A stretch of DNA of 64,000 nt. Source: an uncultured Planctomycetota bacterium (GTDB lineage: Bacteria > Planctomycetota > Planctomycetia > Isosphaerales > Isosphaeraceae). A program made the position numbers and the translations under genes. The notes under the pieces are model-generated. The model saw only the letters and a program-made list of their open reading frames with translations. It did no database searches and was not told the DNA's origin. Below, in pieces: positions 30,863 through 41,735 of the stretch. The stretch is taken from positions 1,248,001 through 1,312,000 of the forward strand of contig CAWGMQ010000004.1 of assembly GCA_963823665.1 (NCBI GenBank), in the 5' to 3' direction. Numbering within the stretch: the first letter of the stretch is position 1; each line of letters opens with the position of its first letter.

Positions 30863-32656
30863 CTACCGGCGCGACGGAACGCCCGATGCCACGTTTGAAT
30901 CATCCTCGAGCATCTTCAGAACACCGGCGGAGGCTCGGCGAACCTCGGGCTCGGGGTCGGTCTCTTGTCGCGCGCGAATCGCCGGGATCGCTGCCGCGGC
31001 GCCGGCCCCGAACCGCGCCAGGGCCATGAGCGCCGCAACTCGCGTCTCCTTCGATGGCGATGCCACACCGTTTTGTGCAAGCGCGGCGACCACGATGTCA
31101 CTCGAGGCCGTGCCGGGGCCGATCTCGCCCAGGACTCGTGCGGCGGCCTTTCCGTTCTCGAGCTGCCCCTTGTCATCGTTTGACTGTTTCAGCGCGGCGA
31201 TCAACTCGGGAATTGCGCCCTCCGCCCTCGGGCCGAATGTTCCTAGAGCATCAATGGCCCAGCGAGCGCTTTTTCCGCGAGACGAGATGGATTCCCTCAA
31301 GACTTCGATCACCTTGGGGGCTGCTTCCGTTCGGTCGGCGATAAAGCTGAGCGCGTTCGCCGCGGCCGGCCCATTCTCCCACACATCGTCAATCAATTCC
31401 GCTTGTTTCATGACACGAATGAGCGCCGGAATCGCGGCTGTCCTCGCGGCGATGCGGCGGCCGTCTTTGAGCGCATGAATCGCTGCAAACTTCCGCGCTG
31501 GATGCCCGGCCTCCAGTACTTTGAGTAGCGCGGCGACGATCTCAGAGGACTGCGGTTCGTCGGGTCGACCATCCCCAAGCGTCGCGAGCACGTCTCCCAA
31601 TACCCAGGCGGCTACGCACGCCGGATCCCACGTCGAAGGGTTCCGCTTGCCGCGGCCGAGTCTCTCGAGATCAAGTGGTTCTTTCTCGAGAATCGCAATC
31701 AAACCGGGAACGGCAGTCCGGCGTTCTGCGCCGAAAGAGTTGATGGCCGAGGCCGCTACGAACCGCATCTGGATGTCCGGGCTCGAAAGCGCGGCGACGA
31801 GCGCCGGCACGCACGCGCCCGTGGCCGCCGGCGGACGCAGCTTTACACATGCCTGGACATAAGCCATTCGCTCGGAAGAGCCGGCATCCGAGCGTTCAAG
31901 TCCTCGAATCAGATGCGGGACCAGTTTGTCGATGCCACCGCGAAACCTCGTAAGCACGTCAATCGCGATCAAACGAACCGGAACGGATTCGTCATCAAGA
32001 AGCTCGATCAACTTTGCCGGAGGATCACTGATTCTTCCTGGAGCTGCGAGGCCGATTGCCGCAATCACTCCGGCGCGAACCGTCGCATCCCGATCGTCGA
32101 GCATCCGAGTGAAAACCACGATGAGTCGATTCGGTTCGATCACGCCCGAGGAACTCTCGGGGATCGCGATCGAGCCCAGGGCAATCACGGCTGCTGATCG
32201 AACGTCCGCCGCGGAATCGAGAGTCGCCTGGACCAACGCCTCGATCGCGGATTTGACCTCGGCGTCGTTGACCCCGCCGAGCGCAGACGCGCTGGCCAAT
32301 GGCCAAAGCTGCTGCGCCGCCTCGACCCGGACGGAGCCATCGGCATCCTTCAAACAGGCAATGAGTGCCGGGATCGTGAGATGCCCATCATTCGCACCGT
32401 GCCGAACGAGATCGTGGATCGCGTTGACTCGATCGGCGGGTCTCGCCGCGACTTGCAGCGTGCGAGCCGCGGCCATCGCCTCGCGATGTCCTTGATCGCC
32501 GACCGACTTCCAGACCCCGAAGAGCACACCGCAACCGGCGACCGCGGCGATTGCGAACGGCAACCAAGACCTGAGACTGAACCTGGACGCCTTCCCAGGC
32601 CTCAGATTGGAGCCGTCCGTGGTGCCAGACGATGCACTCTCGCCGCGCTCACTCAC
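30863..32656 (-). CDS. Membrane-anchored HEAT-repeat protein
   Basis: N-terminal TM, then repeated AIPALIxxLxDxxxxVRxxAxxAL units. Confidence 0.85.
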   Translation of the reverse strand: MSERGESASSGTTDGSNLRPGKASRFSLRSWLPFAIAAVAGCGVLFGVWKSVGDQGHREAMAAARTLQVAARPADRVNAIHDLVRHGANDGHLTIPALIACLKDADGSVRVEAAQQLWPLASASALGGVNDAEVKSAIEALVQATLDSAADVRSAAVIALGSIAIPESSSGVIEPNRLIVVFTRMLDDRDATVRAGVIAAIGLAAPGRISDPPAKLIELLDDESVPVRLIAIDVLTRFRGGIDKLVPHLIRGLERSDAGSSERMAYVQACVKLRPPAATGACVPALVAALSSPDIQMRFVAASAINSFGAERRTAVPGLIAILEKEPLDLERLGRGKRNPSTWDPACVAAWVLGDVLATLGDGRPDEPQSSEIVAALLKVLEAGHPARKFAAIHALKDGRRIAARTAAIPALIRVMKQAELIDDVWENGPAAANALSFIADRTEAAPKVIEVLRESISSRGKSARWAIDALGTFGPRAEGAIPELIAALKQSNDDKGQLENGKAAARVLGEIGPGTASSDIVVAALAQNGVASPSKETRVAALMALARFGAGAAAAIPAIRARQETDPEPEVRRASAGVLKMLEDDSNVASGVPSRR

Positions 32657-32788
32657 CCGATCGGCTCCCGCCCACGGTTGAACTCAGGCTGAATACGTCG
32701 CGATTGATCTTACCCATCGCAGCTTGCCAGCAGAGCCGCTTTTTTGCGAGATTCATGTATTCTTAACATACTCCGGGAAGGACCATTC

Positions 32789-33448
32789 ATGTCTGAGCTC
32801 AGCAACTCGAGCGAGCGTTCAACCGTCAAGCGACTTCCGGCACGGGGCGTTTACGACCGGGCCGTCATCCATCAGATACTCGACGCCGGAATGGTCTGTC
32901 ATCTGGGATTCGTGGTCGACGACCAGCCGTTCGTGATCCCGACCACCTACGTGCGGGTCGATGAAAGGGTCTACGTGCACGGGTCGCCGGCGAGCCGCAT
33001 GCTGCAAACGCTCGAGCGCGGAGTCGCCGCCTGCCTGACAGTCACGCTGGTTGACGGCCTTGTTCTTGCTCGCTCTGCCTTTCATCATTCCATTAATTAT
33101 CGCTCGGTTGTCGTCTTCGGGACGGCCACGCTCGTGGATGATCCCGACGAGAAATTTGCCGCGCTCCATGCCCTCACGGACCATTTGATTCCGGGACGAT
33201 GGCAAGAGATCCGGCAGCCAAGTGCGCAGGAGCTGAAGCGAACGCTCGTGCTCGGTCTGCGCATCGATGAAGCATCGGCCAAGATCCGCGTCGGCCCGCC
33301 GATCGACGAGGAGGAAGACTACGAGCTCGACGTGTGGGCCGGGGTTGTTCCGCTCAAACTGGCGGCTTCTGAGCCTGTGCCTGATCTCAGGTTGCCGGCC
33401 CGGATTTCGGCGCCTGGATATGCAGTGAATTACTCCGGGCCGCGATAA
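32789..33448 (+). CDS. Pyridoxamine 5'-phosphate oxidase-like flavin-binding protein (NimA-like)
   Basis: PFVIPT, YVHGS, VDGLVLARSAFHHSINYRS and VWAGVVP. Confidence 0.9.
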   Translation: MSELSNSSERSTVKRLPARGVYDRAVIHQILDAGMVCHLGFVVDDQPFVIPTTYVRVDERVYVHGSPASRMLQTLERGVAACLTVTLVDGLVLARSAFHHSINYRSVVVFGTATLVDDPDEKFAALHALTDHLIPGRWQEIRQPSAQELKRTLVLGLRIDEASAKIRVGPPIDEEEDYELDVWAGVVPLKLAASEPVPDLRLPARISAPGYAVNYSGPR

Positions 33449-33746
33449 GAGAGTGATGAGCGACGCACGACCTCACTTCCTGTCCTTCCAGTGAGCTTCC
33501 CAACGCAGCCAAGGGCGATGGCGCGCGGAGCCGGTCAAGGACGGTAGCCAGCTTCTTACCCGTTTCCGTCAGGGCGTAGAAGGACTCGCGTCCCCCGGTA
33601 AACGAATGGCTGACGATCATCAACCCCTCCCGCGCGATCTCCCGGTAAGGCTCGCGGGTGGAATCATCGACAGGTATGCCACCCTGCCGCTCGGCGTGCT
33701 GGCGGAGCAGGGCCAGAGCGGCATCGGAGAGCGTGACCGTCGGCAT
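33387..33746 (-). CDS. Small hypothetical protein (3' end uncertain)
   Basis: AGGAGGAG before the ATG; MPTVTLSDAALALLR...YALTETG looks winged-helix-like; tail overlaps the convergent gene. Confidence 0.5.
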   Translation of the reverse strand: MPTVTLSDAALALLRQHAERQGGIPVDDSTREPYREIAREGLMIVSHSFTGGRESFYALTETGKKLATVLDRLRAPSPLAALGSSLEGQEVRSCVAHHSLIAARSNSLHIQAPKSGPAT

Positions 33747-33848
33747 GGGCTCCTCCTGGCGCATCGTACCGCAGGGCCGAATTGTCGGGAAGACCGATCA
33801 GATGGCGCCCGGAAGCATCAACAACCCGCGGTAATCCGAGTGACTTGG

Positions 33849-34811
33849 TTATGCCTTGCTCAAAGCGGGGCTTTCGGCCTCGATCAAGCTGCGCATGAAT
33901 TCGGCGGCCAGCTTGGCGTTGTGATCGGCGTATTCGATACCGACGGTCTGGCCATTCTCCACCGGCAACTGATGGCACAGCTCGTAGCCGATATAGCCGT
34001 CGTAGTCGATCTCGTTCATGGAGCGCACGAAGTCGCGGTAGTAGCGCTCGGTGTCTTCACCCACGACGCCGTCGTTGCGCTCGAAGCCGCGGATGGAGCC
34101 ATCCGGCCGCCGCTCGAATTCGCCACCGAAGTGCGACAGCACCTGAAGCTTGCCGACCGCGTGTGCACCCTCGCGGATACCTTTTGTGCTGCGATCCGGC
34201 ATCAAGGGCGCATCGAGGCAGAGCTGCAAATGAGGCGATCCGACTTCTTTGGCCATTCGCAGAATATCGTGGTGATCCTTGATTAAAGGCTTGTGGTTCT
34301 GAAGCGCCAGCGTGACTCCCGCATCGCCGGCGTAACGGGCGCATTCAATCAAGGCCTCCCGGCACCAGCCCCACATTTCCTCGGTCGAGAACTTTTCGTG
34401 CACGATCGGCCAGTAGCCTTCGGCGATGTCGTATGTCGCAAGCTGGGGGTGGCGTGTGATGCCCCACCAAGCGAGGAAGACCCGCAGGTTGGGTGCTCCC
34501 AGGTCGGCGGTCATGCGAATCAGCTCGCGCATGTAGCAGATCTGGGCTTCGCGAACCTCGGGCACCGGGTTAGAGAAGTCGTTGTTGGCGGCCACGGCGT
34601 AGATGTCGATGCCCTCGCCCTCGGCATGCGCCCGCAGCTCGCGGCACTTCGCCGGTGGCCAGTCAAGCGGGTTGCCGTGCGGGCGCTTGCCGTCGATTTC
34701 GATTCCGTCGTAGCCAAATTCCCTGGCCCGGGAAATCATCTGGGGCAGGGTGAGGGCTTCACCGCGATACCAGAGGCCCAGGTACGTGATGCTGTAGAGG
34801 CCAATTTTCAT
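33849..34811 (-). CDS. Sugar phosphate isomerase/epimerase (AP endonuclease 2 TIM barrel)
   Basis: GYDGIEI, GVTLALQNH, LCLD and DYDGYIGYE; GAGGAG RBS. Confidence 0.88.
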   Translation of the reverse strand: MKIGLYSITYLGLWYRGEALTLPQMISRAREFGYDGIEIDGKRPHGNPLDWPPAKCRELRAHAEGEGIDIYAVAANNDFSNPVPEVREAQICYMRELIRMTADLGAPNLRVFLAWWGITRHPQLATYDIAEGYWPIVHEKFSTEEMWGWCREALIECARYAGDAGVTLALQNHKPLIKDHHDILRMAKEVGSPHLQLCLDAPLMPDRSTKGIREGAHAVGKLQVLSHFGGEFERRPDGSIRGFERNDGVVGEDTERYYRDFVRSMNEIDYDGYIGYELCHQLPVENGQTVGIEYADHNAKLAAEFMRSLIEAESPALSKA

Positions 34812-34877
34812 GGGGGTACTCCTCTTGAGGATAAGGCCGGGATTAACTTTCCGATTTTGAGATCAAGCCCGAAAACC

Positions 34878-34904
34878 CTCGTTCCCAAGCTCTGCGTGGG
34901 AACG
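34878..34904. repeat. REP-like palindromic element
   Basis: ct-cgttccca-agctctgcg-tgggaacg intergenic hairpin with 8-bp arms. Confidence 0.55.
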
Positions 34905-34946
34905 TCCGTTGTGCCGCTTCGCGGTGCGCTTAGCGTCGGGAGAATT

Positions 34947-34968
34947 GTCAGGCTAAAGCCTGACCTAC
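34947..34968 (-). repeat. GTAG-family REP element
   Basis: Minus strand reads GTAG-GTCAGGC-TTTA-GCCTGAC; the TAG is also the stop codon of the upstream gene. Confidence 0.65.
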
Positions 34969-36388
34969 TTTTGATGCGTGCCGCTCGCCGCCCAGGTGAT
35001 CGCGTTGTGGACGAGTGTGCGATACGAAGAATTGCCGAACGCGGTGGGGCCGTGGCCGAGCTGGATCGCGACGACCCGATATCGCTCGTCGGGGCCGATC
35101 CAGGCGAGATTTGTGTCGCTCGCCGGATTGTCCGTCAAGAGAAGCGGACGCACTCCTTGTGCAAACTTCATATTCTTGTACGTTTCATCCTCAATGTGAA
35201 AGGGAGCGATTCCCGAGGTGATCGGGTGCTCTTGCGCAGACTGACGGAAATCTGCTGATTGTTCTTCACGGTCGACGAGGAACGATTGCCTTCGCGGCTG
35301 AGGCGATAGCTACCGCCGACGGCCTGGTCGGTCCACCACTGCCAGTTCTGGTAGTCGAGCAGCGCGTGATGAAGAACGACGACTCCGCCGCCGCTCTCGA
35401 CGAAGTCGCGGAGATTCTTGCGGGAGGCTTCGTCCATGTCGCGAGTGAAATCGTACATGACGACGACGTCGTACTTGCCGCGCAAGTCGGACTTGAACGC
35501 GGCGGCGCTGGTCGTGACCGGCAGTGATCGCAGGTCTTTGCATCCATCAAAGATGGTGTAAAACGAAGCCTCGTGATCGTGGCCGCCGGTGATCAGCAAG
35601 CCTCTTACTGATCGGGATGACGCGCGGGAAGCCGTCGCATTCAACTCTTTGATGTAGATGTTCTTGAACTGGACGAGGCTGGGCGGGCCGGTCCAGGTGC
35701 CGTCTTTGTTCTTGCTGCCGTGGTGCTGGAGCGCGATGCGGCCGGCGTCGGGCAGGTCGGGAACGGTCGCCCCGGCGATGACGGTCTTGCCGTTCAAGCC
35801 GACGCGGATGGTCTTGCCTTTGACGGTGATCTCGAAGTGATTCCACTGCCCGACGGGGTTATCGGCCTGAGTGCTGGGCGTGGCGGCGGCACGGAGCTCC
35901 GGCGAACTTTTCTTGTCCATGCGGATGCTGTACAGCTCGCCCGAGCCGATCGGCCAGCACCAGATGTTGGCCTGGAACCGGCCGTCGCCACGCAGATACA
36001 CACCGGAATCGGCATCCGGCAGAGCAAGTTTCAGTTCCTTGCCGTCGATATCCCTGGCATGGGTGCCGTCGGGCAGGATGTAGGGGACGTTCTTGTTGAT
36101 GAAGGGCGCTTCCTTCAGCCGCCAATCGACCTGGAGGATAAAATCGCGATAATCAACCTCGCTCCAGAGCGCCTTGTCTCCGGAAGCCAGGCTGCCGGCA
36201 TCGTAGTCGATGACCCCGTCCAAGACCTTCCAGTGCCCGCCGTCGCCCTCCGGTATTTTCCAGCCGGTCAAATCTTTTCCGTTGAAGAGCGACGTGAAAT
36301 CCGCGGGTGCGGTGTTGTCGTCTGCCCACGCTGCTGCTGGGTGCAACGAGGCCAGGACGGACGCGATGAGTAGCCGTTTGATTCGCAT
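34965..36388 (-). CDS. Exported DUF1080 (3-keto-disaccharide hydrolase-like) plus ThuA-like domain protein (frameshift near 35170-35240)
   Basis: Signal peptide; SLFNGKDLTGW, DSGVYLR, GRIALQHH and FKNIYIKEL; then TGGHDH, GGGVVVLHH and QLGHG...NAITWAA. Confidence 0.85.
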
Positions 36389-36411
36389 ATTCTTGCTCGC
36401 GGTTGTCAGAT

Positions 36412-38463
36412 TTATGGAGGAGGAAGATCGAGTGCGGGATTGGCGCTGAAGAATCCGTCGGGCCGAAGGAGGAAGCCGACCGAGCTGACCGGCATGACCG
36501 GCCAATCCTCGATGCGCGGAATGTGCGTCTGGCCGAACGTGTACCAGAGAACCACGTCCGTGCCGGCCACGTTCCGGTCGCGTTTTGTCCACCGCGGGAG
36601 GCCGTCGCCGCCCGTGCTCTGGTTGGGATAATCGCCCGTCGGGTAACGTTCGCCCGGATCATACGGCGTGACCCATAGGTTCCGGGTCAAGAAGCCCGCG
36701 CGGGCAAGGATCGCGGCCTCTGGCTGTGCGAACGGCAGAACATTCTCACCCGGAACCAGGCGATAGCCGACCGGTGCGTTCAGCTCGTTCTTTCGCGATT
36801 CGTTCACGATGCGCCAGAAGCGGGACGAAGGCGGATTCGTGTTGCGCTGGGCGGCGGCCTCGGTGCGCAATGGGGTGGCCTGCGCGTAGAACGCATTGCC
36901 GTGCGGGTTTTCCGAGCCGGCAGGAACGCTTACGGTGTTCACCTCGAGCGCCGTGTTTTCCTCGCCGTCGATATCCAGGTCGAGGCGCGCGCCGAAGAAG
37001 TGTTGATGATTGGGAGCCATCAAACGCGGCGCGACCTCGGTTCCGTACCGCGGCGACTCGCCGGGTTTGAGCGTCATGGTGTTCATGATGCCGGTGAGCT
37101 TGACCTCGAGCTGGATCGTGCCGTCCTGATAGAAATACCAGTAGAAGCCGTAGTCGTAGTTACCCACGGTGGCGATCATCGAGACCGCCAGCCGCCGGGC
37201 ACGGCGCGCTTCGGACTGGCTTGTGCGCCAGTCCGTGTGCTTCCAGAGGATACCGAAATCTTCTTCGTGCAAGCAAACGGCATTCTTGATCGTGACGACT
37301 CGCCCCTTGCCATCGGTCATGTGTCCGTCGAAGTACTGGATCGTTCCCAGGCAGTCGCATCCCAGCGCGAGCGAGTTCGCCATCATGCCGACGCCATATT
37401 CCCCCAGGTCGAACGCGTTCTTGCGGTACGACGATTCTCGCGGATCGGCATAGGGCACGATCATCTCGGCGATCGATCCGCGGTACATGAGCGGGCGGTT
37501 GTCGTACGCGACCGTGTGGAGCACCAGGCCCTCGCGGGGATTGAATCCGACGCGCAGAGTCCACTTCTGCCAGCGCACTTCGTGGCCGGCCACGGTGAAG
37601 CTCGGTCCCTGGGATTGCGTCACGTCGAGCGGCTTCAAGCCGGCCCTTGGTTTGGGAAACGCCGTGCGGACCCAGTTGCCGGGCTTGGGAGGCAGGGGAA
37701 CGACGCCAAAGTCCTCAACCCGGACGACTTCCTTCCGGTTCAAATCGATGATCGTGACGAGCCCCTCGATCGGACGGGCATAACCGTTATCCAGCGGGTC
37801 TGACCGAACCCAGGAGAGTGCGCGGACAAGTCTCTTGCCCAGGTCCTCGGCCGGCTCGTTTCCGTAATGGCCGGCCGACCAGGCATCGACCATGACGAGA
37901 CTTGGGTCCGTGATTCCGCGCTTCTTGAGTGCTTCCAGAAACGGAGGCGATTTGCGGGCGGCCTCTTCGCATTCCACGAACTCGTCGAGCGTGATCGACG
38001 GCTGCACGCCCGGGGGAAGCGCGTCGAACCGCGTGACGGACTGCCTGGCGAAATTCACCACAGCCTCGTATCCCCGGCCTGTTCCATTGTCGAGCAAGAC
38101 CATGAAGACCTCGCGGGGAATCAGGCCGCTGGCCTCGGGATGAAGAACGGCCGCCTTGGCGGGCTCGTTGAGCGTGACGGTGACAAAACGAACGCTGTCT
38201 GCAAGCTTCTTCTCGCGCCGGACGATGTCGACGGCGAGCCGGATCTCGTCGGGCTCGAGCGGGTCGAGAGGATGGCGCACCTGGGATTCGGGCGAACTTG
38301 CCTGCTTGGCGAGCGCCGTTTTTTCCGAGGCGCCGGACGGCCGAGGATCCTGCGGCGGCGCTTGCGCGGGCGATCGCCCCGGCGCGAGCGTGAGGCTCAC
38401 CACGGCCAGCAGCATTCCCTCGATCGCGAATCGGACCTTCGGTCTTCTCGTCGGCACGGTCAT
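36412..38463 (-). CDS. tynA: Copper/TPQ primary amine oxidase with signal peptide
   Basis: HPLDPL, AFDLGEYG, TVGNYDY (TPQ precursor), NHQH, THIPRIEDWPVMP and GFFSANPALDLP. Confidence 0.93.
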   Translation of the reverse strand: MTVPTRRPKVRFAIEGMLLAVVSLTLAPGRSPAQAPPQDPRPSGASEKTALAKQASSPESQVRHPLDPLEPDEIRLAVDIVRREKKLADSVRFVTVTLNEPAKAAVLHPEASGLIPREVFMVLLDNGTGRGYEAVVNFARQSVTRFDALPPGVQPSITLDEFVECEEAARKSPPFLEALKKRGITDPSLVMVDAWSAGHYGNEPAEDLGKRLVRALSWVRSDPLDNGYARPIEGLVTIIDLNRKEVVRVEDFGVVPLPPKPGNWVRTAFPKPRAGLKPLDVTQSQGPSFTVAGHEVRWQKWTLRVGFNPREGLVLHTVAYDNRPLMYRGSIAEMIVPYADPRESSYRKNAFDLGEYGVGMMANSLALGCDCLGTIQYFDGHMTDGKGRVVTIKNAVCLHEEDFGILWKHTDWRTSQSEARRARRLAVSMIATVGNYDYGFYWYFYQDGTIQLEVKLTGIMNTMTLKPGESPRYGTEVAPRLMAPNHQHFFGARLDLDIDGEENTALEVNTVSVPAGSENPHGNAFYAQATPLRTEAAAQRNTNPPSSRFWRIVNESRKNELNAPVGYRLVPGENVLPFAQPEAAILARAGFLTRNLWVTPYDPGERYPTGDYPNQSTGGDGLPRWTKRDRNVAGTDVVLWYTFGQTHIPRIEDWPVMPVSSVGFLLRPDGFFSANPALDLPPP

Positions 38464-38525
38464 TATCCTCCCCGGACTTGTACGCCGGCGATTGCCGACG
38501 AGTGGAGCAAGCTGGCCTGACATGG

Positions 38526-40190
38526 CTATTGTGCTTCCGCGGCCGGATTTGTGCCAGGGCCGAGATCGCCGGATCGATGCCGCCACGGAGTTGCAGTGTT
38601 GTGCTGAGCGGCTGGCTCGGTCCCAGTCACCGCCGTCTTGTGGATTGCCGTCCTCACGAGCCGACCGCTGGGTTTAGCGTTCGGGAGACGACTGAACTGC
38701 ATTGTGCCGTCGTCCAGGGCGCTGAACCTGAGGTCGAGCATATCCAGGGCGTAGTTCTGATGAAACTTCCACGGTTTTTTCGACCCCTGCTTCGGAAGAA
38801 GCTCGATTCCCCTGCGGATGTAGCCGGAATTCAGGTTGATCGCCGGCTTTTCCACGATGGCTGGCTCAATTCCAACCGGTGTGGCGCAATCATAACCGTG
38901 CGTACTCATGTGCTTGAGAAGCCGGCAGATATATTCGGCCACGAGGTTGCACTTGAGCGTCCACGACGCGTTGCTGTATCCCAGGGTGAAGGAGAAGTTC
39001 GGGACGCCGCGAATCATCATTCCTTTGTAGCTGATCCTTCCCGTCAGATCGATCGGAGTGCCGTCGAGCGAAATCTCGATGCCGCCAAGACGCTTCAACT
39101 TGAGTCCAGTGGCCGTGACGACGATATCCGCTTGCAGCACATCGCCTGACTTGAGCCGTACTCCTTCTTCGGTAAACGTCTCGATTTCGTCCGTGACGAC
39201 CGACACCTTGCCCGCCCGGATGGCGACAAACAAGTCGCCGTCGGGAACCAGGCAAACGCGCTGGTCCCACGGGTTGTAACGGGGCGAGAAGTGCTTTTCG
39301 ACGTCGTAATCGGGGCCGAGTTGTTCGCGCACGAGGCGCAGGATCTCTTGTTTGACCCGCTCGGGCTTCCGCCGCGCGAGGTTATAGAAGTACATCCCCA
39401 GGAGCACGTTCTTCCAGCGGATGAGCCGGAGTGCGAGCCGTTCCGGCAGCAATCGGCGGAGCCAGTCGGCAGCCCGATCGTCCGACGGGCGTGCGACGAT
39501 GTAAGTCGGCGAGCGCTGCAGCATGGTCACGTGTGCGGCGGTCGTTGCCAATGCCGGCACGAGTGTCACCGCTGTCGCGCCACTGCCGATCACGACAATT
39601 CGCTTGCCTTCGTAGTCGAGATCCTCCGGCCAGCTCTGCGGGTGCACGGTGCGGCCCCGGAACCGCTCCATGCCCGGCCAGCCGGGCATATAGCCCTCGG
39701 CGTAGTCAAAGTAGCCGCTGCACATGCAAAGGAAATTGCAGGCGAACTGGACGGCCTTCCCTTCGGGACCCGTCGCGTCAACAGTCCAGCTTGCATCACG
39801 CGACGACCATGACGCTTGCGTGACCTGATGCCCAAACCGGATCTTCTGGTTAATGCCAAAGACCTGGGCCGTTTCCGCGATGTATTCGCGGATGCTGGAA
39901 CCGTCGGCGATCGCCTTTCTGTCGCGCCAGGGACGAAACTTGTACCCGAGCGTGTGCATTTCGGAATCGGAACGAACCCCCGGGTAGCGGAATAAGTCCC
40001 AGGTTCCGCCGATCGCGCTTCGGCCGTCCAGAATTGCGTAGGTTTTGGCCGGACATTTCGTCTGGAGGTGATAGGCCGAGCAGATTCCGGAAAGCCCTGC
40101 GCCGACGATGAGCACGTCGAAGTGTTCCACGTGTCCCGGATCTCCGACATGCGGCGGAGCGTTGGGAGCAGCTTCCGCCCCGTCGGCCAT
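38526..40190 (-). CDS. Baeyer-Villiger-type flavin monooxygenase (EthA-like)
   Basis: GAGLSG, GGTWDLFRYPG, FRGRTVHPQSWP, GSGATA and PWDQRVC. Confidence 0.92.
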   Translation of the reverse strand: MADGAEAAPNAPPHVGDPGHVEHFDVLIVGAGLSGICSAYHLQTKCPAKTYAILDGRSAIGGTWDLFRYPGVRSDSEMHTLGYKFRPWRDRKAIADGSSIREYIAETAQVFGINQKIRFGHQVTQASWSSRDASWTVDATGPEGKAVQFACNFLCMCSGYFDYAEGYMPGWPGMERFRGRTVHPQSWPEDLDYEGKRIVVIGSGATAVTLVPALATTAAHVTMLQRSPTYIVARPSDDRAADWLRRLLPERLALRLIRWKNVLLGMYFYNLARRKPERVKQEILRLVREQLGPDYDVEKHFSPRYNPWDQRVCLVPDGDLFVAIRAGKVSVVTDEIETFTEEGVRLKSGDVLQADIVVTATGLKLKRLGGIEISLDGTPIDLTGRISYKGMMIRGVPNFSFTLGYSNASWTLKCNLVAEYICRLLKHMSTHGYDCATPVGIEPAIVEKPAINLNSGYIRRGIELLPKQGSKKPWKFHQNYALDMLDLRFSALDDGTMQFSRLPNAKPSGRLVRTAIHKTAVTGTEPAAQHNTATPWRHRSGDLGPGTNPAAEAQ

Positions 40191-40354
40191 CTGCGCGACC
40201 TTTCGTAAGAGGATACATCTCCTGGCAAATCGCCCGCGGCCGGCTTATGATGCCGCGGATGCCCGGTTGATCGTGTTCATCAAAGCTTAGACGGAACGCG
40301 AAGGCAAGAAGGATTGAGAGATTCTCGGCGACGAGCGGCTCAGGAGGCGGCGGT

Positions 40355-40861
40355 GTGATCGGTCTTTGTTTTCCTTCTCGTTCTTCGGCGGCCGGTCCGC
40401 TGAGCTTGGCTGCTTACCACCCCTGCGGAGGACTTGCCTTCGCCAAGTCGCTTGATGAAACCTTGCGGGACGATCTCGGCCGAGCAGGCGTCGAGTGGGA
40501 TCGGCTGTCCGATCCGGAGCGGGCCGAGGCAGAAGCCGCCTGGCGTCGAGTGTATGGCCGCGTGTTTCGGGGCCGGCCCCGGTTCCTACACGGGGCAAAG
40601 GCCGAAAACGAGTATCGGTGCCAGGCGTGCGACCACTACGTGATCGTCCCGTTCTCGGCCGGGGTTCCCGGACTGCCCGTGCACGTATACCGCCTGGCGA
40701 TCGCAGCCTATGAGTGCCGTGGCCCACTGGCGGCGCTCGGGTCGTTCTGCGACGCTGAATTCTTCATCAGCCCTCCGGACCTGGCGTGGTCGATGATCCA
40801 TACGCACGAGGACCACGCCCTCGGCGGGCCGTACTTCATCCGGGCCGATTGGATTCCGTGA
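40355..40861 (+). CDS. Hypothetical protein, DUF4275-like (start uncertain)
   Basis: C-terminal FFISPPDLAWSMIHTHE...GPYF. Confidence 0.6.
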   Translation: MIGLCFPSRSSAAGPLSLAAYHPCGGLAFAKSLDETLRDDLGRAGVEWDRLSDPERAEAEAAWRRVYGRVFRGRPRFLHGAKAENEYRCQACDHYVIVPFSAGVPGLPVHVYRLAIAAYECRGPLAALGSFCDAEFFISPPDLAWSMIHTHEDHALGGPYFIRADWIP

Positions 40862-40903
40862 GGAAGCGGCTATCACAGTTATGCAACGTCAATCCCTGCG
40901 CAG

Positions 40904-41645
40904 ATGAGGAGCAACGTGACAGCGGAACCCTTCCTTCGCTACCTGGAGCTGGTGCGTGACAGGGTTCCGGATTGGAAGGTGTACCCGTTCAACATTCCGG
41001 CAATCGCTCAGCTTGAGCGGTTGGAGTTTGGCCCTGCGGTTACCTTCCTCGTTGGTGAGAACGGGTCGGGGAAGTCGACTCTCATCGAGGCGATTGCCAT
41101 CCTGGCCGGTTTTAATGCGGAGGGTGGGACGAAAAACTTCGGCGGAGCGCACCGGCCGAGCGAATCCCCTCTGCAGGATTACATCCGCCTCGCGCGGAGT
41201 GCCCGTCACGAGAAATCTGGCTTCTTCCTGCGCGGAAACGATGTTCAACGTGTCGACCGAAGCCGAGCAGTATCGAGTGTACGGCTGGGCCGAGCTTCAC
41301 GAGATGTCCCACGGAGAGGCGTTCCTTTGGGTTGCTGTCAACAAGTTCCGCGACGGCGGCCTCTTCGTTCTCGACGAGCCAGAAGCCGCCCTGTCTCCGC
41401 AACGTCAGCTCGCTCTTTTGGTTCGCATACACCAGCTCGTGCAGGGTGGCAGCCAGCTCATCGTTTCGACACATTCGCCGATCCTGCTTGCCTACCCGAA
41501 CTCGACCATCTTTCTCCTCGATCAGGCGGGAATTCACCGAACGCGATACGAAGACACTGAGCATTACGCGGTGACCAGGGCCTTCCTTCAGGATCCGGCC
41601 GGCAGAATCCAGAAGCTCTTCGCCAGGATCGAAGACGAGACGTGA
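40904..41645 (+). CDS. Predicted ABC/AAA_21-type ATPase (frameshift near 41230)
   Basis: GENGSGKST, SHGEAF, LDEPEAALSP and STHSPIL. Confidence 0.88.
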
Positions 41646-41735
41646 TGATGCTATCCAGCATTCGGTTCCAGCGGGCCCATTGCGCGGGCCGCGGAGTTTT
41701 AAACACTAGCCGCTTCAAGGTCGTTGCTCGTCCCG

